IMG/VR virus record: IMGVR_UViG_3300015371_000004
Coordinates: 1 to 64,000 of that record
Direction: 5' to 3' (one strand)
DNA length: 64,000 nucleotides
From: a virus
How positions within the stretch are numbered: the first letter of the stretch is position 1; each line of letters opens with the position of its first letter. The notes under the pieces are model-generated. The model searched no databases. It was not told the DNA's origin and saw only the letters and a list, made by a program, of their open reading frames with translations. Both the position numbers and the translations under genes were made by a program. Positions 28,660 through 39,053 of the stretch are shown piece after piece.

Positions 28660-29731
28660 AGGCAGGCTCCGCAACGAGTTGATGCAAGGCCTTGACCCAG
28701 ACCTGCCCGTGGGCCGGGCCCCAATGTCGCCAGACGTACGCCTTGGCCGCCGCGCCCATCGCGCGCCGCCGGTGGGCATCGGTCACGAGGGACGTCAGCG
28801 CCGCATACCACTCGGCGCCGGTTCGACAGAGCAGCCCGGTCTCCCCATGCGTGATGACCCGGTAGGGCTCGCACGCCGAAGCAATAGTCGGGACGCCCAG
28901 CGCCGAGTATTCGAGATACTTCAGCGGGCTCTTGCTGCGGTTGAATGCCGTGTTGAGGAGCGGCGCCAGCCCGATGTCGAAGTCGAGATACTTGAGGGTG
29001 CGCGGGTACTGCGCAAACTCGACTCCGGCCATGATCTGAACCCGGGATGGCGACAGGGGCTTGAGCAGCTGCGGGATACACCCAAAAAAGCGCAGCACCA
29101 CCTGCGGCTGCTGCTTCAGCAGCTCAAGGATCGCGGGGACGGCCACACAGAAGTCACTTTCATGCGTCGGCGATCCCTGCCAGCCGATCACCACCTGCCC
29201 GGGCTCGCGCGCGGCCGTGGTCGTGACCGCCCGCTGCACGTCCTCGCCCCACAGCTCGTGACGCAGATGGTTGGGAGCCACGATGACCCGGCCCGGGTCG
29301 ACGGCCGCGTGCTCCACCACGCAGGCCTTCAGGGTCTCGGTCGACACGAGAATCAGGTCGCTCGCTTGGATCAGCCGGGTGGAGCGCCGCTTCGTCTCGG
29401 TCTGCCCCCACACCGAAAACGCCGGATTAGCGTAGGCAATATTGAAGAGGTCGTCGTCCACTTCGTACACGGTCTTGACGCCGTGGTGCCGACAGGCCGC
29501 CATCCAGAGTTCCGCGACTGGCAGCGCTGGGCGCTGAAACACGACCGCCTTGTAGGTTGGCAGCTGGCTCATCAGCTGCCGGTGGGCTTCGGGATGGTCG
29601 ACCACCAACTGCTGGAGCAGGAAGGTCAGGTCATAGCCCGCATTCTTGAGCGCAAACGAGGGCGTGTACATCCGGTAGGCCCCACACCCCGACACATCGG
29701 CCGCAAAGAGAAGCAGACGTCCCCGCGTCAC
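28652..29731 (-). CDS. Glycosyltransferase (GT-B)
   Basis: GCGAYR, YEVDDDL, IGWQGS, DIGLAPL..FNRSKSPLKYLEY. Confidence 0.85.
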   Translation of the reverse strand: MTRGRLLLFAADVSGCGAYRMYTPSFALKNAGYDLTFLLQQLVVDHPEAHRQLMSQLPTYKAVVFQRPALPVAELWMAACRHHGVKTVYEVDDDLFNIAYANPAFSVWGQTETKRRSTRLIQASDLILVSTETLKACVVEHAAVDPGRVIVAPNHLRHELWGEDVQRAVTTTAAREPGQVVIGWQGSPTHESDFCVAVPAILELLKQQPQVVLRFFGCIPQLLKPLSPSRVQIMAGVEFAQYPRTLKYLDFDIGLAPLLNTAFNRSKSPLKYLEYSALGVPTIASACEPYRVITHGETGLLCRTGAEWYAALTSLVTDAHRRRAMGAAAKAYVWRHWGPAHGQVWVKALHQLVAEPAYA

Positions 29732-32700
29732 GGGGTGATGCTCTGCTGATGGGCGACGTTGGCCTGATAGGTGGTGACCGCGCTGCCGATCGCCTTCCCG
29801 TCGAGCGACATTTTGGTCTCCGCAGGCAGGACTTCCACCTGTACAACCGGGGTCGGCACCGCCGGGACGTCCGGCCGGGGCAGGTCCGGCTGCCGGGCAA
29901 TGTCGTCGAGCGACTTCTGAATCGCCGCGGTGTCGATCGTGACCTGCCGCTCGATCGCCGCGCGCGACGCCGCATTCTCGATGGCGTGGAAGTCCGAGAT
30001 CGCCAGATCCCGGAGGGCCCGGAACTCCTGCTGCGCCTCGATGGTCCGGTTAATGAGCTGCTTCATACCGGTCGGCGAACTGCCCTCGGCCGCGCGAGTC
30101 GCCGCACCTTCGGCCTTCCGTCCCGCTTCGACCGCTGTCTCGCCCATCTCGAAGAAGGCGCGATCCGCCTCCTCCGTCCTCCGTTTGAGCGCTAGTACGG
30201 CCTGCTCGGCTTCGCTCAGGCCGCCCTTGACCTTCGGCATCCCCATGTTCGGGTCGTTGTTGGCGTCCGACGCGGCCTTCCGGGCGTTCTGGTAGGCCTC
30301 CGGGAGCTTGGCGCCAATCGCGTCAGCGATCGCCAACAGCACATCGAGAATCTGGTGGTTGACGTCCTGCATGTGGTCGCCGACGACACCCTGCTCGATG
30401 CCCATGTTGATGAGGTTCTGGGTCGCCTCGTCGGTCGCGAACCCGAACTTCTTCTGGGCCTCGTAGAGGGCCTGCAGCGTCGGCTGCATGAGCATGAGGA
30501 TCTGGTCTGAGGCGACCCCGCGCTCTTCGAGCGTCTTGAACAGATCGCTCGCGCTTTGCCCCATGGCCTGAAACAGCTCTTGGGTGATCCCGCCGCTCTG
30601 CGAGAGACCCTGCAGGACGGCCACAATGCCTGACAGGGACGTCGCGATGTCCTCGTTGTCCTTGATGGTCTGCCGGAACTGGAGGAGCTTCTGGAAAGCC
30701 CCGTCGGCCTCCAGCCCCAAGACCTGCTGGGCCTCGGCCAGCCCATCGAGCGCTGGGGCAATCGCGTTGATCGCCTGCACGATGTCGCCCGTATCGGCCA
30801 AGACGCCAGCAAAGACGGTGACCGCGACCGTCCCCATACGCGTGAAGGCCGCCTGTGCGTTGTCGAGGGCCTTGGCGACCTCATCGAAGGTCTTGCCCGA
30901 GAGCCATGTCATCAGGCCCGGGGCGCCTTCCGGCTCTGTCTGATACTTCTTGAACTGGTCGACCAAGAATTGGGTCTGGGTCCCCTTGAAGCCACCCTCT
31001 TGGGCCGCCTTGAACCCAGCCGCCAAGGCATCGGCCTCTTCCTTGCCCATCCCCTTGAGGATGTCGGCGAACGACCGGTCCAGTCCCAGCTGGAACCCCT
31101 TGACCATGGTCTGCAGGCCGCCAGCGGCCGTCGCCAGCCCGGCCAGCCGCTTCTCCTGCTCTTCAAGGAGGGTGTTCAGGATCTTGGCTTGCTCGTTGAC
31201 CTCCTTGAGGTCGCCCGCGTCGACCGCCAGCTGGAGCTTGGCCATGGACAGGCCGACCAGATCCATCTGCTTCCGGAGGGAGTCCGCAGAGCCTGCCGCC
31301 TTGACCAGCTCGTCAAAGGCCTTGGTCGACTCGATCTGGCCGACGAGCTTGGTGGCATCGGCCATCCACTGCTTGTTGGCCTCGATGTCGTGCTTGCCGA
31401 TGACGTTCTGCGCGCGGGACTGCAGCTCCCGAATCTTGTCCGCGAATTTCGCAGGGGCATCTGACAACAGGGCGTCGGTCATGTCATCGAGGCCCTTGAA
31501 GCCGAGGGCCTCGATAAACGCCTGACGGTTGTTCTTGGTGACGTTGGTCCGCGCGCGGACGATCCCCGTGACGCCGCCCGCAATCGCCCCCGCCGCGATC
31601 CCCAGCGGGTTCCCACCCGTGAGCGCCGCCCCGGCCAAGGCGCCCGAGCCTACCCCGAACGCGGTGGCGCCTGCGCCGCGGCCAAAGAACTTCTCGCCCA
31701 GCCGTTCGAGGGCGTAGCCCGCCCCGGCCCCGAGCCCGACGCCAATGATGTTGGTGAGCGCCGCCTGCGAGATCCCGCCAGCCGCCCCACCAGCCGCGCT
31801 TCCACCTCCGGCGCCGAACATCCCCGCGAAGCCGCCGCCCGCATTGATGGTCGAGAGCGGCAGCCCGCCCGGTCCCCGGCCTCCCCCGGTGATGGCACCC
31901 ACCAGCGACTGGAGGAGGCCTCCGAACCCTCCCCCCTTCCCGCCGCCCATGACCATCTGGGCGAAGCCCTCGATCCAGCGCTTGACGATCGAATCGACGA
32001 TCGAGAAGAAGGCCTGCTGCAGGCTCTTGACGATGTCGAGGAGCGCCTCCTTCCACGACTTGGCGTGGACGATAATTGCGGCGAAGGCCTGCGAGATCGA
32101 GCTGACAATGCTGGCGTAGATCGTGATGATGGCCTGATTGAGCAGCGAGGCCTCCCGCAGGATCTGGGCGTTGGTCTGCTTGTTGGCCTCCACGACCTTG
32201 GCCTGTGTCGCCCGGATTTGGGTGACCTCGTCCTGACGCATGGCGGCGCGGCGAGCGGCATCATCGTTGGCCGCGTCCTCAATCGCGCGGAAGGCGTCTA
32301 CGGCGTCGACATAGATCCCCTGCAGCTCGTTGGCGATTTCCGTGCGCTGGCCGCGGACGGCTTCCTCCAGCTCGCCGATCGACTTCCCGCGGGTCGCCTC
32401 GATCGCCCGCTGAATCTTCTCGATGGCCGTCATCTCGGTCGCCGCGATGTTGATGCGGACGAGCGAGCGCTCCTTGGCTTCGGCCAGCTCGCGCTCAGCG
32501 GCGCGCGTCCGATCGAAGATGGCGCGGTACTCGGCGGCCGTCTGATCTTCGAGGGCCTGCGCCTGCTTGTCGAGCGAGCGGATCAGGTCCTCGTAGTACC
32601 GATTGTTCTGGGTAATTTTCTGGGACGTTTCGTCCTTCTTGGCGGTCACCGTCCGGTCGTAGAGATCGCGCTCAATCCCGTAGAGCTGGTCGGACAGGTT

Positions 32701-35421
32701 GCGCTGCTCGTCGATGAGCGCACGGTTGGACGCCTCGGTCATCTTCAGCAGGTCGTCTTGGAGCTTGGAGACCCCCTCGGACGCCAAGACTTCGAAGGCC
32801 GCCGCCAGCTCCTTGGCCTTGTCCCGCCACTTGTCGAGCGTCTCGGCCAGCTGGATCCGCCGCAGGTCTTCGAGCTGGTCGAGCAGATCCTTGTACTGCT
32901 TCTTCTGCTCGGCCGTCAGGGTGTTCATCTTTTCGAGGGTTTCCCGCGCCCTGAGCAGGCGACCCGCGTAATCCTCCGATCCCGTCGCGACGTCCTTGAA
33001 GGCGATCTGCAGGCCGCGGAGCTGAGCGGCCAACGACTTCGAATCTCCAGCCACGCTCTCGGCGGTTGACTCCGTGACCTTCCGGAGACGCTCCTGCTCC
33101 TGCGTGACCTTCTTGGTGTGGGCCTCCCACGCGTTCTCCACCTCGGCCAAGAGCGACTTGATCTTGTCGGGGGCCATCGCGTTCAGCACGTTTTCGTCGT
33201 AGGACTTCTTCGCGATCTGGAACGCTTCCTTGAGCGTTGTCCCCAGCGCGCTGTACTTCCGCCGGGCCTCGTCAAGGTCAGCAGAGACGAACGACCGGTC
33301 CCGGGCTTTCCGGGCCTCGTCGTCCGTCGCAATGGTCAGGTCTTCAACGGTCTGCTTGAGCTGGCGAACTTTGGATTCGGCCTGCAGCCACTGGGCCCCG
33401 GTTTGGCCGAGCACCTTCTCTTGGGCTTTCAAGGCCCCGCTCACGTCCTCGACCGCGTCCGTCGAGGCGACCCATGCGTCGATGGAGTCCTTGCGGCGCG
33501 CCGTCAGCTGCTTGTCGGCCTCGACCGCCGCCCGCAGCGTGTTCACCCGACCCTCTTCCGCCTTCTGCGCCGCTTCGACGGCCTGCAGGGTCGCTTCGGC
33601 CTCGGTCAGTTCGACTTGCTTGTTCGCGAGGATCTGACGCAGCGCCTCCTTCCGTTTCTCGATGTTGGCGTCAATGATGGCGTTCAGGGCCTTGAGATCG
33701 ACGCCCTCTGCTCGGATGGCGCTGGCCACCGCGGGGGCGATTTTGACCAGCTCCTCCGCCGACCGGAACAGGCGGCCATGGGCGCTGGTGTTCCCGTCGA
33801 TCACGACCGAGAAGCGATCCAGCTCGGCGCTGGTCAGGTGAGTTTTATCCGCAAGGGCCAGCAGCTCTTTCTGGTACTTCGTCGCCGACTCCGCCGCTTC
33901 GTTGACTTTCTTCCGCTGATTCTCCAGCGCGATAATTGATGCCTGCGCGTCGGCGGCCTGCTCGTCCAGCGACACGCCCGCGTCCTCGACCGTCCCGCTG
34001 TAATAGACCCAAATGGCTGCTGCGGCGGCCAAGGCCAGCCCGATAGCCCCAAGGGCAACGTTCAACCCGCCGAAGGCCGCGATGGCAGCCCTGACAATGT
34101 TCGTCCCGGCCGCCATCTCGGCAAAGAAGACCGCGAATGCCCCTCGCAGCTTGATCACCAGATCGATGGTCTGCAGGAACTTCGCGCCTGCAAGGGCCGC
34201 CGAGAACGCGGCCATAACCGTCGTGGCCACCGCTATGGCCGTCACGAAAGCCTGTACGTTGGGCGGCAGATCGATCCAGAACTTCAGGAAGGCCGTGCCG
34301 GTCTGGACCACGAGGAGCATGGTCGGGAGGAGCGCCTTGCCGAGCTTCTCCTCGGCCGTCTCGACGAAGCGGGCAAACGAGCCCATCTGCTTGCCTGCGG
34401 TCTCCATGGCTGACTCGTAGGCGCCGGTGACCTTCTCGGCCTCTTGCAGGATTTTGTTGACGAAGGCCTGCCGCTTTTCGAGGGCGTCCAGCTGCTGCCA
34501 CGTCTTGCCGACGGTCTCGGCGTACTCCTGATAAATCTGCCTGAGGCCCGTGACGATCCCGACCTGCCGGAGGAGCAGCGGCTGCTGGACCTGAATCGCC
34601 GCGGTCAGCCGCTGGAACGTCTGGGACGAATTCTCCCCGGCGACCACGGCCAAGTCTTGGGCCGCGCGCGCGATCTTGGCCGCATCGGCCACGTTCAGGT
34701 TGGCCTGCGCAAAGGCCAGTACCGATTGCCGGGCTTCAATCGACGTGATGCCCAGCTTCTCGATCGCCTTGGCCTGCGCCTCCATTTCCAGCGAACTGGT
34801 CCGGCCATTCTGCCCCAAGGTCTTGATGACCACGTCAAGCGTCTGAATCCGGGCCGCCAGCGACCCGGAGTGCTCCAGCAGCGCCAAGAGCCCCACCGAG
34901 AGGGCGCTGAAGACGACCGACACGGCCAGCGCGGACGTCCGGAGAGATTCCATCGTGCTGACCGTCTGGCCCCCGGTCTGGTTCAGGAGCCCGTAGGCGG
35001 TGTTCAGCGACTGCACCTGAGCGGCCTGCTCCTTGGTGACAACCGTCCCGGCCTTCATCGAGTTGTTGAGGTTGGTGAGCTGCTGCCCGGTGATGGTCGC
35101 GCCGCCCACGAGCGCGTTGGTATGGACGACGAGCTGTTTGAAGGCGTCCGACTGGAGCTGCGTGATGGTCGTGCCGACCTTCATCTGGTCGGCGAGGATC
35201 GACCAGCCCTGCGCGCTCTTGGCGACAAACTCGGCGGCCTGTCGCGACTGCTGGGTGAGGGCTGTGAGGGCGTCGACTTGCTGCTTGGCGGCCGGGGCCG
35301 TCCCGGCCATCTTCTGACTGGCCTGCTGAGACTTGCTGGCCAGATCGGTCAGCGCGTCGCCAAAGTTCTTGACGACGAGGGAGCCTTGATCGTCAACGTC
35401 GATGACCGCGAGGATCGCCAC
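29728..35421 (-). CDS. Tape measure protein
   Basis: 1897 aa Ala-rich helical protein with hydrophobic stretches, after the chaperones. Confidence 0.9.
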   Translation of the reverse strand: MAILAVIDVDDQGSLVVKNFGDALTDLASKSQQASQKMAGTAPAAKQQVDALTALTQQSRQAAEFVAKSAQGWSILADQMKVGTTITQLQSDAFKQLVVHTNALVGGATITGQQLTNLNNSMKAGTVVTKEQAAQVQSLNTAYGLLNQTGGQTVSTMESLRTSALAVSVVFSALSVGLLALLEHSGSLAARIQTLDVVIKTLGQNGRTSSLEMEAQAKAIEKLGITSIEARQSVLAFAQANLNVADAAKIARAAQDLAVVAGENSSQTFQRLTAAIQVQQPLLLRQVGIVTGLRQIYQEYAETVGKTWQQLDALEKRQAFVNKILQEAEKVTGAYESAMETAGKQMGSFARFVETAEEKLGKALLPTMLLVVQTGTAFLKFWIDLPPNVQAFVTAIAVATTVMAAFSAALAGAKFLQTIDLVIKLRGAFAVFFAEMAAGTNIVRAAIAAFGGLNVALGAIGLALAAAAAIWVYYSGTVEDAGVSLDEQAADAQASIIALENQRKKVNEAAESATKYQKELLALADKTHLTSAELDRFSVVIDGNTSAHGRLFRSAEELVKIAPAVASAIRAEGVDLKALNAIIDANIEKRKEALRQILANKQVELTEAEATLQAVEAAQKAEEGRVNTLRAAVEADKQLTARRKDSIDAWVASTDAVEDVSGALKAQEKVLGQTGAQWLQAESKVRQLKQTVEDLTIATDDEARKARDRSFVSADLDEARRKYSALGTTLKEAFQIAKKSYDENVLNAMAPDKIKSLLAEVENAWEAHTKKVTQEQERLRKVTESTAESVAGDSKSLAAQLRGLQIAFKDVATGSEDYAGRLLRARETLEKMNTLTAEQKKQYKDLLDQLEDLRRIQLAETLDKWRDKAKELAAAFEVLASEGVSKLQDDLLKMTEASNRALIDEQRNLSDQLYGIERDLYDRTVTAKKDETSQKITQNNRYYEDLIRSLDKQAQALEDQTAAEYRAIFDRTRAAERELAEAKERSLVRINIAATEMTAIEKIQRAIEATRGKSIGELEEAVRGQRTEIANELQGIYVDAVDAFRAIEDAANDDAARRAAMRQDEVTQIRATQAKVVEANKQTNAQILREASLLNQAIITIYASIVSSISQAFAAIIVHAKSWKEALLDIVKSLQQAFFSIVDSIVKRWIEGFAQMVMGGGKGGGFGGLLQSLVGAITGGGRGPGGLPLSTINAGGGFAGMFGAGGGSAAGGAAGGISQAALTNIIGVGLGAGAGYALERLGEKFFGRGAGATAFGVGSGALAGAALTGGNPLGIAAGAIAGGVTGIVRARTNVTKNNRQAFIEALGFKGLDDMTDALLSDAPAKFADKIRELQSRAQNVIGKHDIEANKQWMADATKLVGQIESTKAFDELVKAAGSADSLRKQMDLVGLSMAKLQLAVDAGDLKEVNEQAKILNTLLEEQEKRLAGLATAAGGLQTMVKGFQLGLDRSFADILKGMGKEEADALAAGFKAAQEGGFKGTQTQFLVDQFKKYQTEPEGAPGLMTWLSGKTFDEVAKALDNAQAAFTRMGTVAVTVFAGVLADTGDIVQAINAIAPALDGLAEAQQVLGLEADGAFQKLLQFRQTIKDNEDIATSLSGIVAVLQGLSQSGGITQELFQAMGQSASDLFKTLEERGVASDQILMLMQPTLQALYEAQKKFGFATDEATQNLINMGIEQGVVGDHMQDVNHQILDVLLAIADAIGAKLPEAYQNARKAASDANNDPNMGMPKVKGGLSEAEQAVLALKRRTEEADRAFFEMGETAVEAGRKAEGAATRAAEGSSPTGMKQLINRTIEAQQEFRALRDLAISDFHAIENAASRAAIERQVTIDTAAIQKSLDDIARQPDLPRPDVPAVPTPVVQVEVLPAETKMSLDGKAIGSAVTTYQANVAHQQSITP

Positions 35422-35434
35422 GTGTCGTCGTCCC

Positions 35435-35971
35435 TCACTTCAGAGGCCGCGTCTGCTGGAAGATCGTCCCGCCCGGGGGCGGCGCCTTCGTCTGCTTGCG
35501 CACCTCTTTGAGCGCTGCCGTCGTCTCCGGCTTTTCCTTCTGCGGCATGGACGCGAGCCGGACGCGGTCCTTGGCCTCGAACACCAGCCGCTCGATCCGC
35601 TGCTTCTCGCCCGTCAGCGCAATGAGCGACGTCCACGTCTCCGGGTCCAGCTCATTCATCTGGAACCGGCAGCCGGACGCCCGGAGCGAATCGAGCCGGA
35701 AGATCCGCCGGAGCCATGGCAGAAACTCCGGCGGGAGGTCCGGCTCGGCCGGAGTCACAAACTTCGGGCACCCCGCCTCGTCGCTGCACGGCATGTCCTT
35801 CTTCCCCACCTTCTCGTGCAGCGTGCAGAACCCCGACTTCGGGCACCCCGCGTCGTACCGGAACGCGGCGTACAGGTACGCCCGGATTACTGCACGGATG
35901 GACCAGCCTTGGGCTTGCTCGCGTCGTCGGCGCTTGGCGGCAGCCCCCGAGGCCCCGCCTGCGATTTTGGG
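35435..35971 (-). CDS. Tail assembly chaperone frameshift (gpT-like) extension
   Basis: -1 frame open from slippery CCCAAAA through ORF 35435-35809. Confidence 0.7.
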   Translation of the reverse strand, partial: PKIAGGASGAAAKRRRREQAQGWSIRAVIRAYLYAAFRYDAGCPKSGFCTLHEKVGKKDMPCSDEAGCPKFVTPAEPDLPPEFLPWLRRIFRLDSLRASGCRFQMNELDPETWTSLIALTGEKQRIERLVFEAKDRVRLASMPQKEKPETTAALKEVRKQTKAPPPGGTIFQQTRPLK

Positions 35972-36405
35972 TCCTCAGTCTTCTCGTCGTCCTCATCGTC
36001 GAAGGACGACGCGCCCCAGACCTGCCCGACCAGCTCCTGCATGGCCTTCTGCTTGGTCAGGACGTCGACATAGGCCGTGGCCTTCTGGGCGTCCAGCTCG
36101 TCGAGCACCCGCGTGCCGTAGGGCACGTCGTAGGCGCGCACGACCAGCTGGTCGTAGAGCGTCTTGGCCGCGATGACCTGATTGCTCTTGACCGTCGCGT
36201 CCTTGTTGCGGAACTTCACGCTGGTGGCCGTGTTCTCGTAGGCCTGCATCTCGTACTCGTTGGGCATGCGCTGGAACACGTGCACGGAGCGCTTGTACTG
36301 GCCGCGGTGCTTGTGGGTGACGACCGAGTAGACCTCCGTCCCGGTCGGCTTGACGTCTTCGTCGATCTGGGCGTAGTCCTGCGGGGTGAGCTTCAATCCA
36401 GCCAT
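35887..36405 (-). CDS. Tail assembly chaperone (gpG-like)
   Basis: Between tail tube and tape measure; SD aggagg. Confidence 0.75.
   Translation of the reverse strand: MAGLKLTPQDYAQIDEDVKPTGTEVYSVVTHKHRGQYKRSVHVFQRMPNEYEMQAYENTATSVKFRNKDATVKSNQVIAAKTLYDQLVVRAYDVPYGTRVLDELDAQKATAYVDVLTKQKAMQELVGQVWGASSFDDEDDEKTEDPKSQAGPRGLPPSADDASKPKAGPSVQ
35965..35971 (-). other. -1 programmed frameshift heptamer C CCA AAA
   Basis: GAC CCA AAA TCG near the end of the chaperone; X XXY YYZ in correct phase. Confidence 0.75.
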
Positions 36406-36425
36406 GGGAACCTCCTGCGTCGGGT

Positions 36426-36459
36426 GACCCGGCCGCCGATGGCGGGCGGCGGCCGGGTC
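36426..36459. other. Perfect 13-bp GC hairpin after the tail tube gene
   Basis: gacccggccgccg-N8-cggcggccgggtc; no U-tract. Confidence 0.6.
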
Positions 36460-36490
36460 TGAGGGTGAACCGAGAAAACGAACCAGAGAC

Positions 36491-37549
36491 TTACGGCGAC
36501 AAGTAACTCGATGTCGTGTTGATAACCGTGGCCTCCCACGGATTGTCGAGCCCGGCGTCATACATCACGACGGTCGAGACCGCGTAGGTGATGACGTCCC
36601 CGTTGGTGTTGACCGGGGCCGCCCGGTAGCGCAGCCGCGGAATGTTGATGATGAGCTTGTGGCTCTGGCCACCGCCGATCGTGTCACCGGTGATGGTCAT
36701 CAGCGCCTTCAGGTCAGACTGATTCTCCAGACGGGTCTGGACCTGCGTGCCGACCTTGGCGCGGAAGACGATCTCCAAGAGGACGGCGCGGCGGGTGAAC
36801 TCCAGCTTGTTGCGGATCTGGCCCGAGTGCGGATCGCCCGAGACCTGATAGCCCGAGCCGGGGCAGTAGCCGCCGACCTCGTCGTAGGCCATCTCGGACC
36901 GCCACCGGAAGCTGTCCACGTCGCAGGACTCGTCGAGCAGCGACGCGCTCGGCCCATGCTCGAAGAGCAGGCTGGCATGCCGGAGCAGCGCGCCTTCGGT
37001 GGCCGTCGGGAAGGTGAACCCGCTGACGCTGATCTTCTTGCCCGAGCCAATGAGATCAAGTGCAAGCCGGATCCAGTCGTTCAGCTGCCCGGTGATCTCG
37101 ATCGCCATGACCTGCATGCTCGGCCATTCGCGAATGTCGCCGGGGTGGATCCGCTCCATGATCGTGGTGACCGGCTGCTGGCGGCCGGAGCCGTAGTAGC
37201 CGACGCCCGTCGGATCCTGATACTCGAACACGTGCTGGAAGGCACCGGAGCCGAGCGATGTCGTGGTGACCTTGCCGCAGTGGAAGGCAAAGCCCCAGCC
37301 GAGCATCTTGGTCGTGGCCTGAAAGGTGCGACGCATCCGCACGTCCCACGAGAGGACCTCGTTGCGGGTCGCGAACTCGTGGCCCTTACCGTACTGGGCC
37401 GCGTTGTCGGACATATTCGGGACCAGATCCGAGAAGTCCGCGCCCTCGAAGGGGTGCGACTCGATCAGGTCGCCGGTGACGTTCGGGGTGGCGTAGGCCG
37501 ACTGCCGCTTGTTCGTGTATGCCCAATGCAGGCCAACTACTGATTCCAC
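36491..37549 (-). CDS. Major tail tube protein
   Basis: 352 aa before chaperone/TMP; beta-rich; ends VINTTSSY. Confidence 0.75.
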   Translation of the reverse strand: MESVVGLHWAYTNKRQSAYATPNVTGDLIESHPFEGADFSDLVPNMSDNAAQYGKGHEFATRNEVLSWDVRMRRTFQATTKMLGWGFAFHCGKVTTTSLGSGAFQHVFEYQDPTGVGYYGSGRQQPVTTIMERIHPGDIREWPSMQVMAIEITGQLNDWIRLALDLIGSGKKISVSGFTFPTATEGALLRHASLLFEHGPSASLLDESCDVDSFRWRSEMAYDEVGGYCPGSGYQVSGDPHSGQIRNKLEFTRRAVLLEIVFRAKVGTQVQTRLENQSDLKALMTITGDTIGGGQSHKLIINIPRLRYRAAPVNTNGDVITYAVSTVVMYDAGLDNPWEATVINTTSSYLSP

Positions 37550-37559
37550 GGTCAGCTCC

Positions 37560-38069
37560 TCACGGTATCAACGGCCAGCAAAACGGCTTCGTCCGCGGCG
37601 TGTAGGGCATTCGGCAGCGGTGCACGAATGTCTTGCCCGCCGATTCGAAGCCCGGCGCCGCCAGAAGGTCGAACGCCACGTCGCCCCCGACCTCCTCGTA
37701 CGTCTGGTCCATGAAGCTCAGCCCCAACCGGTTGCCCCGCAGGGTGTCCTTGACGTCCTGCACGAGCTGGAAGACGCCCTTCGTCGGATCAGACGCCTCG
37801 CCCCAGAGGGACAGGTCTTCATCAGTCACCTTGCACAAGAGGAAGAGGTCGAAGCGATAAATCCGTTGGAAATAGCGGGGGCCGATCGTGCGCTCGGTCC
37901 ATGGGATGCCCGTCGGGGCAATCCGGATCCCGTAGGTAGTGATCGCCGGAAGCCATTCGGTCTTCCACTGACCCTTGGTGATGCTGATGCCCGTGTAAGA
38001 CGGTGCAACGAGAGACGTTAGGGTCAGGATGACCGCGTCGGCGATGTCTTTGAGTTCGTGGTTGGCCAC
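37560..38069 (-). CDS. Putative tail terminator
   Basis: Position; LPAI...LRGN pattern. Confidence 0.5.
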   Translation of the reverse strand: MANHELKDIADAVILTLTSLVAPSYTGISITKGQWKTEWLPAITTYGIRIAPTGIPWTERTIGPRYFQRIYRFDLFLLCKVTDEDLSLWGEASDPTKGVFQLVQDVKDTLRGNRLGLSFMDQTYEEVGGDVAFDLLAAPGFESAGKTFVHRCRMPYTPRTKPFCWPLIP

Positions 38070-38099
38070 CTACCCGATGGCCGGAGGACTAACCGAGGG

Positions 38100-38621
38100 T
38101 CAGCGGCCTCTTCGGAAGAGCTGATACGGGCCCGTCGGCGGCTTCAGAAATTGCACGGCAAAGACATGGATGGTGTTACCCGTCAGCGTCAGCGACTCGT
38201 TCGACCGATCGATAAAATTGATCAGCCCGTCGGCGTTTGCTCCGTTCTTGCCCGCCAGCGATCGACCCTCCGGGCCCCCCAACCGGTAGATCGTCTCCCT
38301 CCCGGCCGGGACCTTGATCCCCGCCTCGGCCACCATTCGTTCGAGGTGAGCGCTTTGCTCAGGCCCGCCGTCTGGCCTGAACGCATCAATGGCCGACAGG
38401 GGGATGGAGCCGACATGGTCGGCCGTGAACGCTCCGCCCTCCGGGAAGCTGTACCAGTTGGCCTGCCAGTTCCCGTGCTTCGTCCCGGTCTGGACCCCCA
38501 CGGCCGGACCGTTCTCACGCCCACAGAACTGGCCCCCGTCAGGGCGGCCCGCGGGCTGGTGGCAGTCGTTGGACTCCCGAAAACCTCCGGACGAGGGCTG
38601 AAGACGCCAGTCGAGGCTCAT
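38100..38621 (-). CDS. NxCH...GGQFC-tagged protein
   Basis: MSLDWRLQPSSGGFRE-SNDCHQPAGRPDGGQFC. Confidence 0.7.
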   Translation of the reverse strand: MSLDWRLQPSSGGFRESNDCHQPAGRPDGGQFCGRENGPAVGVQTGTKHGNWQANWYSFPEGGAFTADHVGSIPLSAIDAFRPDGGPEQSAHLERMVAEAGIKVPAGRETIYRLGGPEGRSLAGKNGANADGLINFIDRSNESLTLTGNTIHVFAVQFLKPPTGPYQLFRRGR

Positions 38622-39049
38622 TGGGCCGTCGTCAGGGCGCCGAACTTGATGTGCGTCTCGCGCCCGCAGAACTTGTTGGTCTGGTCGTAGAGGTCCTGCT
38701 GATTGATGACCTCAGTCACCGTCCGGCCGACCCCGGTAATCGTGTGGACCACCTTGTCGAAGAGCTGGGTGATCCGGATCTCGATGTCGTAGACCCGCTC
38801 GACGTCGTAGGAGTACGTCCGGATGGAGACGACCGGCTCGGTCACCCCGTTCACCTCCCGGCCCATCGACATCTGCGCCCACGAGAGGTACGCCGGGAAG
38901 CCGATCGGCGTCTCGGCCGGGGCGTCGTAGTAGTGGTAGACCCGCGGATCGGATGGGCCGCCGCCGGTCAGCGTCTTGATGGTCGTGTCCCCTGCCAGCG
39001 TGGTCTGCAGGTAATCGGTAATCTTGTCCGAGAGGACCGCGAGTGGCAT
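38618..39049 (-). CDS. Tail completion protein (DUF3168-like)
   Basis: LAGD..IKTL...RVY...AP....FPAY pattern. Confidence 0.65.
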   Translation of the reverse strand: MPLAVLSDKITDYLQTTLAGDTTIKTLTGGGPSDPRVYHYYDAPAETPIGFPAYLSWAQMSMGREVNGVTEPVVSIRTYSYDVERVYDIEIRITQLFDKVVHTITGVGRTVTEVINQQDLYDQTNKFCGRETHIKFGALTTAQ

Positions 39050-39053
39050 AGGG

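Noticed and set aside
26383-28695. Long plus-strand ORFs (e.g. 770 aa here; also 5612-7114, 48846-50222, 2638-3978)
   Set aside because: In-register antisense shadows of GC3-rich minus-strand genes; Arg/His/Gly-rich with no motifs
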